A program made the position numbers and the translations under genes. A DNA stretch of 64,000 nt, taken from contig CM119375.1 of assembly GCA_051294905.1 (NCBI GenBank), forward strand, positions 26,660,001-26,724,000. Reading direction: 5' to 3'. The notes beneath the pieces were generated by a model, which did no database searches, had not been told where the DNA came from, and worked only from the letters and a program-made list of their open reading frames with translations. Each line of letters starts with the position of its first letter. The stretch's first letter is position 1. This DNA is from Botryllus schlosseri. Taxonomy: Eukaryota. This document shows, piece after piece, positions 26,001-40,455 of the stretch.

Positions 26001-29000
26001 TTTCGAGTCAGTGTAAATAGCATGTCATGGCAAAGATTCGGCCCGCGATGCAATGCTGAGTAAATGAAGAATGCTTTTTTTATCAAGCACATTTCTTTTG
26101 AAAAGATGATATTTCACTAAAAAATACTCACAAGTGAATAACTGCAAATGTCGAACATGTTCATATGCCACATTATGTGGCGTGTTCACTCTAATATCTA
26201 TTAGTAATTAGTCTGTCATATCGACAGTGAATGAGGAGAAGGGCAAAGAGTAGGCATACGGAGTGCAGAATTTTCAGGAAAATGGATGGAAAGCTAGTTA
26301 TCCCAGAAGTCCGATCAACATGTGACAGTGTGATGAGAATGTATTAGAATTATCCGGTTGTCACTCTGTCGCGTAACTTATGACTCAGTAGGTACAGCCG
26401 GGGCGGGGCCTACAATAACTTTATATAAATTATCGTAGACCCCGGTACAGCCTTGCAAAGTCACTTGGCATATTTGTATTAGTCAAATGTGCATCTTAAA
26501 AGTTGCAGTAAAAAGAAATTCTTCACATCTCCACTGGTGTAGCGGTTTAGGCATCGTGTGACACCACCAAGTGTTTCAGCAATCACCACTAGCTCTATCG
26601 TTGCTCCGACGCGATCAGAATGCGATAATCATAGGCGCATGTTGCTGAATTTCTTGAAAGCGGTCAATCGCTGCCGGAACCCTTCGCACAGCCCTCGTCC
26701 GGCTTTCAAAGTAACGTTTGCATTGCATACACTCTTACCGCTGTAATCGGTGGTTTGCTGTATTCACGCTAGGCGATCAGAACTACAATCTATTTCTACA
26801 GCTCATGCGAAATTGTTAGTGTGGTGATAGCGTGCGTGTGTGATCATGACCATACTCATTTATAAAAATCTTCGACATTGGCATATTGTTAGGTATAGTC
26901 GTTTCTTGAGTCTTAGTCAATAGTCACCCAAGTACAGTACAGATTGAGGCGATGTCTCGTGATTCGTCTGTCGGAGGTCGTCAGAAACGCTACACGTAGA
27001 CATTCATATCATAGACCAGTGTTGTTGCTTTGCTAGTTGGCAGAATGCACCTTATGTGATGCAGTTTTAGTCGGCTGCTTTACGTATTTGTTAGTCACGT
27101 TGAAATTTTCTTGCTATCCCGTTCCAGATTAGCTGATTGATTATTTTGTTTACGGTGATTTGCCAACCACGAAACTTATAATATGAAACGTTGCTGTCAG
27201 CCAATGTCGACTCTACAGTTCATATTTTACTTCGTTTTCTGTTCATTTTATCTCGTTCATCACTATCAACACGCGCTTCTTGCTTTGCTTTATTAAAGCC
27301 TTGTGCTAATACGTTCTGGCCCGTTTTTATATCCATCATGCGACGTACGTAGAAATATTTTCGCGTCAAAGCGTCTTTGATCATGAAATAATTGTCCAGA
27401 ACTTCGAAGTGGGATTGGAAAATTCCCATATCGATATGCATAGGTCTCGATGTCATAACATTTCGAATACCACAATGCCGCGAATGCAATTTTATGTAAT
27501 GCATTACGCCATCGTATTTGATGACTCCGCGCATCGTTATGACTCAATTACTCGCAGAAGCTTCGTGACTGCGGCAATTTTCATCAAGCTACCAGTACAA
27601 GTGCCGCAATTGATATGAGTTTCGTTCGAATGGAAGTCTTGATGTGGTGTGCTTTTATCACCTTCCTGTATTTGACCATTGCGCAGAGAACTGCGATGGT
27701 TAGTCTGGTTTCCGACGATGTGTACTTGTGTGTGAGTTATGAGTGTGAATTCCCCGCTGAACATATGACCGAGTTTTAGAAAGTGGGAGTGATGGTGTAT
27801 GATGCATATATTGCACTTTTGGCGTTGCGGAAATGTTTGGAGTCTGCTGTCCAGCCCTTTTGCAAAGTAACTTCAACATTTTAACAATTACCGCCAAGTC
27901 AAAACGCATCCCCAACCGGTCCACAGACACTACTTTAAGAACCCCTGTTTCAGATAATGTGCGTGACTGTTTCATATCGTAACTTTCTGATTTAAATGCA
28001 AACTGGTGTTGACTGCGAATTTGCGCAATCAATTTTTGTTAATTTATATATTGCTCACTTTCACGAACTTAGCGTTTTTCATCTGCAAGTGGGATTCTTG
28101 CGGGGCTTCGATCAGCCCGAATCTCTTGCAATTCAAATTGAGGCAAACAAGGAAATCACCGATGACCCCCAGCGATGCGGCTGGTCATTTATTGCGTATT
28201 CACGAATGCATAAATACTGCCGTTTAGCATGGCGCTCGTTAAAAATAGCGTGAGTGTCAATAATATCAGACTCTATTTCCCCTGTCGTGGACCCACAGCA
28301 GTCACACCAGGAAGTTTTTTCACAATAGCATAAAAAACATGCGGGGTTTAGGGTTGAATTGCAGTTTATACGTCATCTTTTCGAGTTATGTCAACTAACC
28401 GTCTGATGTGGCTTTTTAACAGTGGCTTTATAGGCAATGCCAAATGCAATACACATGTAGAATGGGTTGTGCAGTTTACAAATCCCCGCTGACCACTGCA
28501 AGATGTCCAATGTCCATACAACTTTCGTCCACTTCGATGCATATTTACATACATTATGGTAATGCTTCGTCCGTTGATGCAGCACTTCAGTTATCCATTA
28601 TCCCTTTTTAGTGGCATCCCATGATAACGTTTCGATATCAACATTTTATGCGTTATATGCTGATTCAATCCAGACGCATGGCATGTGATCTTAGCTGACC
28701 AACAAAAATGATATCTTTTTGTCGAGTGGCAACGGTGTTTGAGCGATTTCGGGTTCATTTTAATCCACCGCATCGGAGAACTAGGTGCGTTTCTTTGCAT
28801 CGGAATAGCGGTCAAGTATGGAACCGCTTTACCACAGAGATGGGGTGCCAAAACAATGTCTGAAAAAACTAACGGAGTAAGTAACATGACTGCTTGGCCA
28901 CATCATATTCCTGATCGACTCACAAAAGACAATTCGTAAATTCTCACCAATAATTCCGCAATGTTTGGTGGAGTGATGAGCTTTCAACCCAAGGTGTAAT

Positions 29001-29857
29001 TAACCGTCCTAACTTTTGATTGTCGAATTTTTAGAATTTGTTTGCAGTAGACACCTACGGTACGGTATTTTAAAATTACCAGTATAAATGATAAATGCAC
29101 AAACCAGTTAGAGATGTGCCTGTAAAAGACAGATAAGTCCATGTCAACGGCTATGACACTTTTCGTTTAAGCGTAATGAGAACACACGAGGAAAATAAAA
29201 AGAATATCGGCCTGGTGTAAATGACCATAGTAGTCGACAAACACCATGAATACCACAAACCAACCAACACACGAGTTGCACATTTACCGAAAAACTATCA
29301 AGTTTGTACCTCCAAAGTTCAAGCCAGCTGTTGTAAGCAATGGTCATTTTCGGATCCATCGGTTTCAAAGCATTGTCGAAACCTTATTGGCTTCTTGACC
29401 ACTGTTATCGGTAGATTTATCAGAAGTTACCAAAGTGGCCAATACATCCACATGCATTTATGTACGAAACAAATGCGCTGCATGGTACACGCGTAATGCG
29501 CTATACCGTGACAACGGAATTGGGCCTTCACGAAGTCCCGTTTCCGGCCGATCATACTCAATGAAATATATGACGACACAGCGGAGGAGAGTATTCCGTC
29601 CGTCCTGTACAGCGTAACAAAGCAACGGATACATTCTCATTGCAAGAACAAATTCGATGGTTCACAGTGAACTGTTACACTGTCGTTTTATTAGAAATTC
29701 GTGTTCCATTTTAAATTTCTATTATTTGGTTCTGTAATGACGCGCGCCCGTCGTAGTGATGAACTTTGCCGGTTCACTGGATATGGGATAAAGATATACG
29801 CGCGTCACAAAACCAGTGCTTCCTCTTTCCTAATATTGAGAGACGAAATTTACTGTG

Positions 29858-29899
29858 ATTGGTGAACACCGCGCGAGACTTTAATTGGCCACCCCGCCC
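29858..29899. promoter_or_regulatory. Promoter-like block with two CCAAT boxes and a GC box
   Basis: ATTGG at 29858 and 29884, CCCCGCCC at 29892, in CpG-rich sequence. Confidence 0.25.
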
Positions 29900-31320
29900 T
29901 CAATGAGCGTTAGTTATACGAGGTTTTCGCTCGGCTGTCTGTGCTTAAGAGCTATCCTAGCGGAGCACGCGGGGACAGGCGGTTAGGGAGAATTATAGTT
30001 TCGATACCATTTTCCACTGTGAATGCCTATAAATATGTTTTATCAGATTTGAACTGACTTTGGCTTGTGTCCATAATTTTGTAATGATTTTCGGCAAATT
30101 TGGTCCTTCGTATCGGCAATAGACCGTGCTTATAGTGCTTTTGAGCCGTGATTTTATGACATTGTAAATGAAAGCTATCCTCGTGACGCACACGTCACAG
30201 TGCAGTTTTGTTGTTTACTTGTGAATCAGGGGTCCCCAACCTAGAGGCCGGAACCCCCTAGGGTTCGTTTGCCTTTTATTCGTGGGGTGGGGTCGCGGTG
30301 ACGACCTTCAAATATTCATTATCATGCCTAATTTTCCTTTGCGGGCCTGATGAAAGTTCTGTTACTTTAATATTTTCACTAAATCAATATAATCGTACTG
30401 TTTTTCGCTCGCGCACGCGCCAATCCTAACCCGACACGTGTAATGATGTAATTTGAGGAAATTCGCTTTCGAAAAATCTTATGATTGATCAATTATGCAG
30501 GGCAGGTTCGCGCTTAACCCTCTACATGCCTATTCGCGAGAAGTCGCGGCAATAAAGCCTTCGAGGTCGTATTGCGCGAATCAGCAAAGGTGTCAGTTGA
30601 ACTATTTGCATTGTTGACCTAACGAGTCACTCCAAGTTTAAGCGGCTTACGCCGCCCAGGACGGAACATTGATGTGATATCATGTTAAACAAGATTAATG
30701 GCAGGGCCGCTGTGCCTTGTCAACGTGCAGTATGGTGGGTATTCATCATCGCAAATGTTCAATCTATCCGTAAGCAGTTAAATGAAGGACATAATTTTAT
30801 CAACATTAACAATTGGGATAGAATACTAATAACGTATTTTTCTGATATTATAATACTACCATAATGTGTCAGTGTCATGTACGTTGCGAATACTATGTGC
30901 ACTATTTAGTAATTGTGTGACCTTAAACCAGACCTGGGCAATGTATGGCCCCCAACGCGATTTGAGTCGCCCGCTAAACTTACCAGGAATTCAGAACATA
31001 AAACCTACTTTTGGATGCAATCCTTGGGATAAGTTCATAGGCTATATAATCTGAACTGGACATTCGATCACTATGAAGCCTGTATGTTTATTTGGATACT
31101 TACGTCGCACGACTAATACAGATTCCGAATAAAGCCAATGTATCAAAGTGGGCCGTAGCAATTTCAGGTTAACAAGAAGCTACCGTTTCCCTATAGTTTG
31201 GAGTCCAAGACTTTATTGTCGTCATTTTCACATTTACACGGTTATTCTTGAAATTGTTAGACGATACGTTTCCAAATCCCAAATTCGTAAAGTCAATCAG
31301 TGCTCTTGATTACTAATCAT

Positions 31321-31699
31321 TAGGGCAAGTTTTTGCAACTTTTGCAACTTTTTTTACGGCTTCCGGCAGCTTCCTAAATACTCGTAAGATATGTAGAATG
31401 CTGTTTTAAGCTGTTTGAAGGAATCTTATAGTGCAACTTTTTGCAACTTTTACGATTTTTCATGAAAGTATTTTTGATTTTGGTGAAATACACGGCCAAA
31501 TTCGACTGAAATACCATAAATCAGCACTGAAGTAACGCTCTTACGGGCCTTCCGGGAGCTGAGCCGGAAAGTTGACCTTTTTAGTCAACCGAGCTAAATG
31601 TGGTCTTTTAGTGCAACTTTTCGTGAAAAAATAAATGCAACTTTTGTCAAAAATAAATGCAACTTTCCACGGATTTAACTGCAACAAAAACTTGCCCTA
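31321..31699. mobile_element. hAT-type MITE with TAGGGCAAGTTTTT termini
   Basis: Perfect 14-bp TIR. TSD ctaatcat / ctaatcac (7/8). Many subterminal TGCAACTTT motifs. Confidence 0.85.
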
Positions 31700-32945
31700 C
31701 TAATCACCGTTACCCATCAATGATAAACGAGTGGGTATCTCAAGAAAGGCCTAAAACCTATTTGATTACTGGAGTCAGAGGTGAGACCGTCATTTTAGAT
31801 TGTGGCCAGCAGGTCGCTGTGAAGTATAATTTAAGTCGGTATAACGACAAAAACACGAAGGTGGCGGATTTCGGAGCACTGCTAGTTTCCATCAGCAACA
31901 AGGCTATTTCACCAAGCTGCACACTGCTCGGGAGGCTGCGATCAAGACAAGCTTTGTAGTATCCTAAATACGTGTAAAATGTATCATGTTTTGAACTATG
32001 ACGGCGAATGAATACCGGTATTATTTTTCTTAATTACCCGTCACTTTCCCCATTGCCCAATATCCATACATTCACTGAGCAACATGTATTAACAATATAA
32101 TTCACTGAAATGCAATTAATACGCCGCAGAATATAGTTAAAAATTTGGACTCGGCCCGACAACGTATTTCTGCTTTTCATTTGGCCCGCGGGAAAAATAA
32201 TTGCCCACCTCTGCCTTAGTTGGACCATGGCCTACTAAAAACAGGCCATGGTTGGACCCACCCTATATTTGTGACGCCTTGAATTTTGGTGCATACTCCT
32301 AGTATCCTCTATGCATCGCCGCTTGTGAAAGTCCGACAATGTTATTTGCTGCGATGTATCATTGCTGTTTCGCTCAAATTCTTAACAGTTGACAGAAATA
32401 TGTGTGACATTCTGTAAGTCATGATTACCTACAGTAGTAATTTGCTACGCATGCAGCAGTACATTGGTATCGACTATTAGTATGGTAGGTTCAACTCAAA
32501 ATGAGCTATATTCGCCTATTCCATTATCCACTGATGTTTCGGCGTCGAGTATCTTTGAGAGTGTAGTTGACTTTAGTGGATATTATATAATACACCACAA
32601 AACGTTTGCATGTCGAATACGGTGTCGGTAAGCATTTTCTTTGCCATTTTCACAGATTCGAATCATCGAAACTAGAAAAAGGGTTATGCAAAGTATCGCG
32701 GACGGCTTTCCGTATTGCGTGTCTGAACGATAGACAGCACAGTCCTATGTTTTGAGTAATCCACACCTGAATATAGGCTTTCAGTATCCGCAAATTTTCA
32801 TATACCTCTATGATTAGGTTTCAATTATTCAAATCGATCTGCGAAATTAAATTTAAATCGGTGCGAAAATGGCTGAAAAAGCCGCAATCAATACGGGCGT
32901 TTACATAATATCGCGTTATTTGAGGATTCTAGCCTTGTTCTATTC

Positions 32946-33326
32946 CAGTGGTTCCCAACGTCAGAGATATCCATCCCCCGGTGGGCGATTTTAGGAAACA
33001 GGGGGCGACTGGGTGTGAAAACGTAGGAAGGAGGCGATAGGGGGTGAAAATGTTAGAACGTTCAGTCGGATATATTTCATTACCCGGCAAATGGATACCG
33101 GCACAAAATACATGTAAAATGGGTTATGCCGGAACTGCCGCGAAAGTTATCTAAAAAAATCAACTCGCCACAAACCCTCCTCAAATACCGAGATTTTCAG
33201 TAACGACATAGAATGTTGTCTCTATTGGTCAATTTACCAGCGAACAGAGTCAGCTGTATCAATGTCAATAAATATATGTCGAGCTTTGTAAGGGAGCGAA
33301 GAGTCGAAAAAGGTTGGTAACCACTG
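32946..33326. mobile_element. hAT-type MITE with CAGTGGTTCCCAAC termini
   Basis: TIR CAGTGGTTCCCAAC / GTTGGTAACCACTG (1 mismatch). TSD ttctattc / ctctattc (7/8). Confidence 0.85.
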
Positions 33327-34349
33327 CTCTATTCGAATCTTTTTGTTGCGTACATAGCACTGTCCGAAATTTACGCCATCGCCTGTCCACTATGATATAG
33401 GTGCTAACCGCCCCTTTCCTTTCACAATAGACTCTATTCATTTGTTTTTGTTACCACGAAAAAGCAGGCATCAGCTCTGATAATATTCTGATTCACCATC
33501 AACGTCCAGCACTTCCCCTTATACCTTATTGCTAAAAAATTCTGTTGCTATAGGTGAAATTATGATCCGTTTTGGAAAAGCTGACAATTTTCAAGTTGTC
33601 TAATTCTACCCGATATACCTCGGCGTGATAGCGATGTTTTCTTTGCGCTCTACTTGCTAACTACCATCTTTCAACTTGGTAAGACAATGCGTTGAGATGG
33701 GAGGCAATGCATGTTTGTAAATAGCATGTCACAACAACCTAATGCGGGCGTTTTGTATACCGATTGCACACGCTAGCCATTAAATCAATGACCTATATCT
33801 AGGCAAGATGTCACAATCAGGTGGAATTCCGATTAAAAACTTGTTCGCTGACTTTCAAAATCGGACTGAAACAAACTCCTTTGTTGGTCAAGTATCTTCC
33901 TGTCTGTTAGCTGTTTTGGTCTCGGAAATTTCGTGTCCGGAAACCTTGGTATGATCCGGGCTGCTAATACCAGTTGAGACATGGGGAGTGCTTCAGTTAA
34001 TTACTCCGCTCGTCGGTTAGCGGTCTTTGATTACTACATTTTTGCGGCTACATCCATAGACTTGAGGAATCGCTCAAATGTAGTCAAGTGCGTCGGAATA
34101 TTTTCGGCGTACCACTGCGCGCTGGCGTAGCAGTTAATTGTCGGGATGCTCTCGTCGTGTCTACATGTTTGCTAAGAGGTAGAGGTCTTGATTCGGACAG
34201 CTTATCTGTAGGCCATTGTGGGATTACCTAGAAACCTCGTCAGAGGCATGGAGATGCACCTCTTCAATAACTCAGGCTCCCAGAGCATGTGCTTGTGCAT
34301 TATGCATGTAACCAAATATATCTCAATCCCTGGTTGATTAGTAGCTGTT

Positions 34350-34411
34350 GTCAATGAATGTGTGTCTGTATGAAGGCCGTGTCAATGAATGTGTGTCTGT
34401 ATGAAGGCCGT
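34350..34411. repeat. Perfect 31-bp tandem duplication
   Basis: GTCAATGAATGTGTGTCTGTATGAAGGCCGT x2. Confidence 0.95.
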
Positions 34412-37400
34412 ATCGTATGGCAGGTAGCCAAAGTACGACCTAATGCTGTACTCCCACGTGTGTCACTCTTCCTCGCGATTTAATTAGTGATATGTGTCAA
34501 CGATGTACTGACAGTGTGTATACGTTGTGTTATGTCTGCTCGAAAGCTCATACGGGTTCGGCCTCACCTGCGACGGCCATCGGACATGTTGTAATTGATC
34601 AAAATCTTGTATTTTCAACATGAAGTAGTTCTCGGGTATGTCACTCCCGGTCGATGCTTAGCGTAATTACTCCGAGTTCGTGGTGTTATGATTTCACAAA
34701 GGCGGTACAGATAACCTGCTAAGCCTTTGTTTATGTCTATTCTACGAGCCTGTGGAGTGGTACCGTAGCGCACAGAATGTATGGAATCGTTGTACTATAA
34801 GGCCAATGTCCTCAAAATATCGATACCATGCTCTGTGCATAAGGTCTTGAATATAGGAGAATATGAAAAAGTCCGGTGCCCCGTCTGTCCATTAAAGGCC
34901 AGGAATGCGTCCTGTTCCAAACCATCTCAATGTCTTATATTGAACCTGGCGGGAACGGAAATCGCAAGACGCTAATTTCGAACTTGGTGTGTCTGTAGAA
35001 AACAACCAACACTGCAGCCTCGTGTTATTACTCATCGGCGATGTCAATCCGCGCAATCAAGCTATTAAACCGTGGTTTTTCAAACTCCTATACTAACACA
35101 CGATAGTATAGTAGTTTTGACAGTTTGATTTTGATAGGTTTGTCTCCAACTGCAGTGTTTTTTAGATTATCTATTCCTCCGTCTCTAAAGAGGCGGGATG
35201 ATTCAGTGCCGTAAGTATGTAAGGCTACATTGGGCCGAACGTTCAAATCGAGGGTGTAAGATTTCGTGTGCGCATTCCTGTTTACGATGCGTAGCCCGGG
35301 TCGGAATAAACCTCATTAATCATTTCGACATTAGAAATACACGCGCAAAAATAGTTCGTGAACTCTCTCGGCTCAGGCCTAATGCGAATACAGAATACTA
35401 AGTTACCGTGTAGTTATTATACGTACATTACAATCTGATCCTCCGTTCTCTTGTCTATCAGGCATGTTCAAGCGCGAGGTTGACTAGCTGAATTGCCGCG
35501 CTGTTACGTCACGGGGTCACAGGTCTATGACATCGCAGATTGGTAACTGTTGTCACCATAGTCTGACATTGGCGCCGAAGCTTGTTGTTGTTTGTTGTTA
35601 CTTTACATGCGATCACTTGTTGCGTATTTTCCATGGGCTTCATTTTGGATCATTGGTCCTATAAATGTATGATTTGTCAACTCTTAGCCGTCAATATGTT
35701 CTTAATTATGTGTTTGATTGCCAGGTTTCATGTAACGCAGGCTGTAGGGCTCGATTCGCTTCGAATGTCGGTGCGTTTCTCTCGCGTAGCCGCGCTTTCA
35801 AATTGTTTATGATATTATAGTTTCTGTTTGAATGGACTTTTTTCAAAAAACAATCGCTCATCGCGTTTGCATAAACACAGACTCGTAGCCGAGCTGTGTC
35901 TCGCTCCGATGCGTCCCTGTAGTTTAGCCGCCGTGTTTTCTTGAACGCGCTCCAGTTACCTCACGACTTGTATTGTTTTCACAATCCTCTTCGCGTGTTA
36001 TGTAATTCGTATCTAATAGGCAAGAGATTCCCTGAATTTAGCAATGTACGATACGCTGTGTTAGTAGGTGGGTTTGCATATATTTCTTAGTGCGTGGCAC
36101 ATATTTAAATCAGCTTAGGCAGGATTGTCGTTGACGAGGTAGCATGTATCATAAATCCGATTTGTGGTGGTTCTACAATCCGCATGGCAATTACAGTTCA
36201 TTCTCACCGACGGGATTAGAAAAGTCTAAATATATCCGGCGTGCTTCATGAAATTCGTTGGAATGCCTATCCATCGCTGGAGGATATTATTTTCTGCGGC
36301 GCTGTTTAACGGTAGATAATGTACGAGGTATTTATCTGCTCGTGAACAATTACGTTTTCGCGGTGCGAGAAATAATGAGTTGTCGCTACTTAACAGTATA
36401 ACTGTAGTATTAGGTGGCTTGCATTGAGACCCTCTGCAGCCTGCGATGTTGCGCTAGTGCTGGCGAGGCAGTGAACTTGTAATGTCAGTAATCCGCTTAG
36501 TAAGTTCTAGCAAGCGTGTTATTTCATGGATAGGTTTGGTGGGAATGGAGTAAGCTGATTACAACATAACAAGTTCTCTGTGTCAGGCTTATTTTGCGAA
36601 GGTCTGTGGTGCCGTGTTGCCGACGCGATTGGAACGCATCAATCACAGCGTATGTGTCCCGTAAGGAATCGTTGTGGATGTCATATTTTGCTTATGTGAG
36701 ATTATCCAAAAATGTTTATTCTCGAAATTTCGATCTTCCTCAGTTTTGGATTAAATCCTTCTTCAATACTGCTTAGCAATCAACTCGTTACGCATGTACT
36801 TGAAAACCACTATATCGTTGCGCAGTTCTTGTGATAGTCGAGGACATATCAGTTGATGAGTGCCTTGTTTTTGTAATATAGAAGGTTTTTATACAGTGTA
36901 AGTTCAATCCAATTAAGCTCAGTGTAATAATATAGCTCTAACAGCAGTTACAAAACTACAAATGACTAAGATTGCGATAAACATGACGAGGCTGTGTTAC
37001 ATTTTCACTGGCTAGACGCTGAGATATAAAGTGATTTTCGTATAGTCTACCAACGATTTCTAAAATAGATCCAGTTCATCACGTTGATGGTGAAAGCGTC
37101 TAATTAATTCTAGTTCTTGATTGAAATAGCACTTCGTGACTGCGTCTGCGCTAGTCTTCAGTACAAAAAATACAAATTTAATGAAACGTTTGAATAATCT
37201 ACTACCGGATTTTAGGTCGGAATCTCCTGGTTCTGTCTATCACGTTTTAGTGCGGTTTTCCTATGTAACCGTTATCAAGATTCGTGTGGGAGTTAGCGAT
37301 CGCCGCAACACTGCATGTGGGATATGATTATGATTACTCTCATTATCCCGATGCCACACTGCTGTCATCAAAATCAGCTATTGCGTTAATTAATATATTA

Positions 37401-37957
37401 CGATCCCATATCAGATATGATTGGGCGATCCACTAGACATGATGAGCTTTGTATATTCGCAAAAGTGGCGCCAAGTACGTTGGTAGCCGCGACAGTGACC
37501 AAGCCGAATTTACAATGTAGTCCTGTGACTCATAAACCATAGTCCATTCGGAGTAGTATTCATTTTACGCAGCCACTGAGTCAACTCCATCCTAGCATCT
37601 TCTCGACTGGCATACTGGGTTTATGCATAAAGTGCGATTTTAACTTCATAAGGTGAAGTTGTCGCGTTCGCGGCAGGCTGGTAAGCTTGTGGAAGCCGCT
37701 GGTAAACTTATTTGTGAATATTCGGCGCGCGATTAAGTTGACGGTAGGCAAGCTTCGCTGAACACGGGGGCAAAAGTGCTTTTGAAGCATGCTTTCTCCC
37801 AGTCAAGAGTTATGGGCTAATTGACTTTGGTAGTAGGGGTAGGAGATATCGAACAGGTAGCTAATACTGGATTGACGTATGTTGACGTATGTTCGGCTAG
37901 CTGGTGATAACATTCCATCATATTCTCACGGGTTAGATATTGACATATAATTATAAA

Positions 37958-38310
37958 CAGGGCTGAGCAAAATTGAGTACCTCAGTTATTTGATTGTGAA
38001 TCGAGTCCACTATTCCAGTATCAAATACATACCTTTTATGCGGCCACAAAGAATACAATGTCAGTCTACAACTCTCTACATCATGATTTGGTATTTTTCG
38101 GCCATGCCAATATCATTCCACTTTTGAAGCTGCGCTGTTGGTTAATCACGACTTCCCAGACATATCATATTCACTAACGTACCTATTTAGAGCAACGTGT
38201 TTCGTATGCTTTGATACAAGCAATCGCGGTTTACAGTCAAATAGCATCAAAATAAAATTCTCAATGACAAGAAGCTTATCATTTCAATACTCGAATCGTG
38301 TTCAGCGCTA
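37958..38310. mobile_element. Diverged second copy of the 41990-42488 MITE
   Basis: Starts cagggctgagcaaaattgagtacctc, shares internal blocks (ttttatgcggccacaaag, ggtatttttcggccatgcc) and has a decayed right end (actcgaatcgtgttcagcgcta). Confidence 0.55.
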
Positions 38311-40455
38311 ATTGTAAATAGTGAGATATCGGTGATTTTTCCGTGTGTTTTACCCGTTATGATGTCAAAATATGTGACTTTACGATGCAGACCTACATTT
38401 ACATTTTCATCGGTTGCAAACGAGGTTGAGTGCCGCACTGGGAACCCTTCAGTAGCATTACACGATAGTCGGTACCAGCGACGTTTGAAATTAGATATCT
38501 CAAAATCGAGTCCTTGTCTTCATGTCAGTTCGCGTGGCACGCTTGCCGGGACTCATCACTGGAGCGATTCGTTTCGATGAGGCAAAAAGAGGCGGAAATA
38601 ATTGCGTTCGCTACACGCCTATTTCTTCACTTGAACTATTTCGTCAATGTATTCAATGCCGGCGCTGTGTCGGCATTCGGGTGTGACCGTACTGCGTTGT
38701 ATCACCGGTACTGCCAACACCACAACGTTTGTGATTGGGTTTTGCAATGCGTCACGATTCTGCATTGGAATCATCGCACGCCTGTTCGGTGGATGACGAA
38801 TAGTGATTTGCAGGCACGTTACGCAACGCAGACCGTGTTAGTCGAATGGTTACATCACAGACAAAAGAAATGAGGATTTTGTTGCTTTGTTACTACGTAG
38901 CGTTGCTATGATTTTACATCGAACAAGTTTAATAGTATTCAGGCTGGTACAAATTACAAATCTCGTTAGTTGGCGGTCAATGGATTACTTTTTGGAGTAG
39001 TTTTAGTTCTAGTTCCGTATTTCGTTGTCGAATAATTATCAAACACGTGTCGCGTGATTCGCTAACTAAGAGTCATCACTACTAAAAGTGGCGTAGCCAG
39101 GGGTGGGTTTTGGTGGTCGAACCCCCTCCCATTTCAAACTTGATCCGATTCCGATGAAATAAAACTGATGAGTTGCTTCCGAATGCAATCTAATTAGTTG
39201 TGTTTAGTTAGTTAGTTAGTTAGCTGCAGATTTTTAAATCTGGGTAGCTCTAGTCATGAGCTTTGAGAAGCGAGTAGTTCTAGTTCTACTTGCGCATCGT
39301 GAAAATTCAGTAGTTTGTAAAATTCTGATAGTATTCATTGCGTTGAACACTGCAAATGCTTCTCTACTGATGAGATTTCCCATCCAAGTATATCCTGACG
39401 CAGAAGCATGCAACGTTCGGGCTGACCACATTGTTCGCTTATGTTCCGCAAATTTTAATATTAATATTATGAATTTCGCCTTTCTGAATGTCATAGGTTT
39501 CAAACGCCTAGTATTGTAGTGAACACTAAATTCATCGGCAGAAAAGTGCTGTAACTCTATCCAGATACCCAATCTTCTATTGGGTCGCGACTATTATGGA
39601 CTGTCTTATGACCTAATAAAAGACAAAAGGTGTTTATTCTCCGTAAAACAAAAACACGGCACACTACAAGACTAGTCGATATTCGGCGGGAATTGCGATA
39701 TAGTAGCAGATTAACGGCGTGGAACGGTGCGGTAGAACTGTGACAGTTCGTCCAAGGTTACAACTTAATGTTCGGCGTGAGCGTTAGCTGCGAAAATTCG
39801 GTGGCGATTATGACAAGCGGTGAAAGATTATCGCCCTCTGCAATGTCGAAACATGCGTACGTCTAATTATTATCACCTGAATATGACAGACAGTGTTAAT
39901 TACTGCGTGTTCAGTACTTTGTAACGCGGCTTTTATGTAGCATGATAGGTTACAGGATTTGATGCATACACGCAGTGTAGCAATCCGGATTTTTCACTTT
40001 ATTTATTTCCGTATCAGAACATGAATCACAATTGAGTATAATATCTAATTATTTGAGTGTGTTAGTGAGATATGATTCTTTAAAACTATTATCAGATTTC
40101 CAGATTGCGTTGATTTATCAACGAGAACTATAGTTTCGATACTGTTTTATAATGAGGAAGACAGTAAACCTCGATTAGTCCTATCGCAGCATATAAAATA
40201 TGTAGCAGGAAGCTATGTACGTTAGTGAGAATGACATATCCGTCAAGCCGTGATCGACCCACAGCACAAAGTGCAATGAAATAGGTACGGTCGGAAAAAT
40301 ACAGGTCGCATGAATAATTTCAAATTATACACGCTGTAATAATATGATATATTCTAGAATTTTCGTCGGATATCTTCATATTGCTGACTGTTGCTGTTCT
40401 TACATATCAAGATATTCTTAAATAATACTTGGTGGGCGAATGTCATACAGCTGCC

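Noticed and set aside
27220-28900. Dense minus-strand ORFs with hAT-like snippets (VDES..DI..LAVV, CVLH, TLDILQ)
   Set aside because: Snippets fall in different overlapping frames and not in a consistent order; cannot be supported without BLASTX.
34100-34330. Possible tRNA-derived SINE (A-box-like TGGCGTAGCAG)
   Set aside because: B-box too degenerate, no cloverleaf, and no second copy found in the window.
35514-35526. GGGTCA c AGGTCT and other imperfect DR0/DR1/DR2/DR4 pairs
   Set aside because: Mismatched half-sites occur at chance frequency.
1738-37882. Tiny tandem duplications (about 1738-1765, 6633-6660, 37870-37882) and (TTAG)n at about 39205
   Set aside because: Ordinary slippage products or parts of repeat family B.
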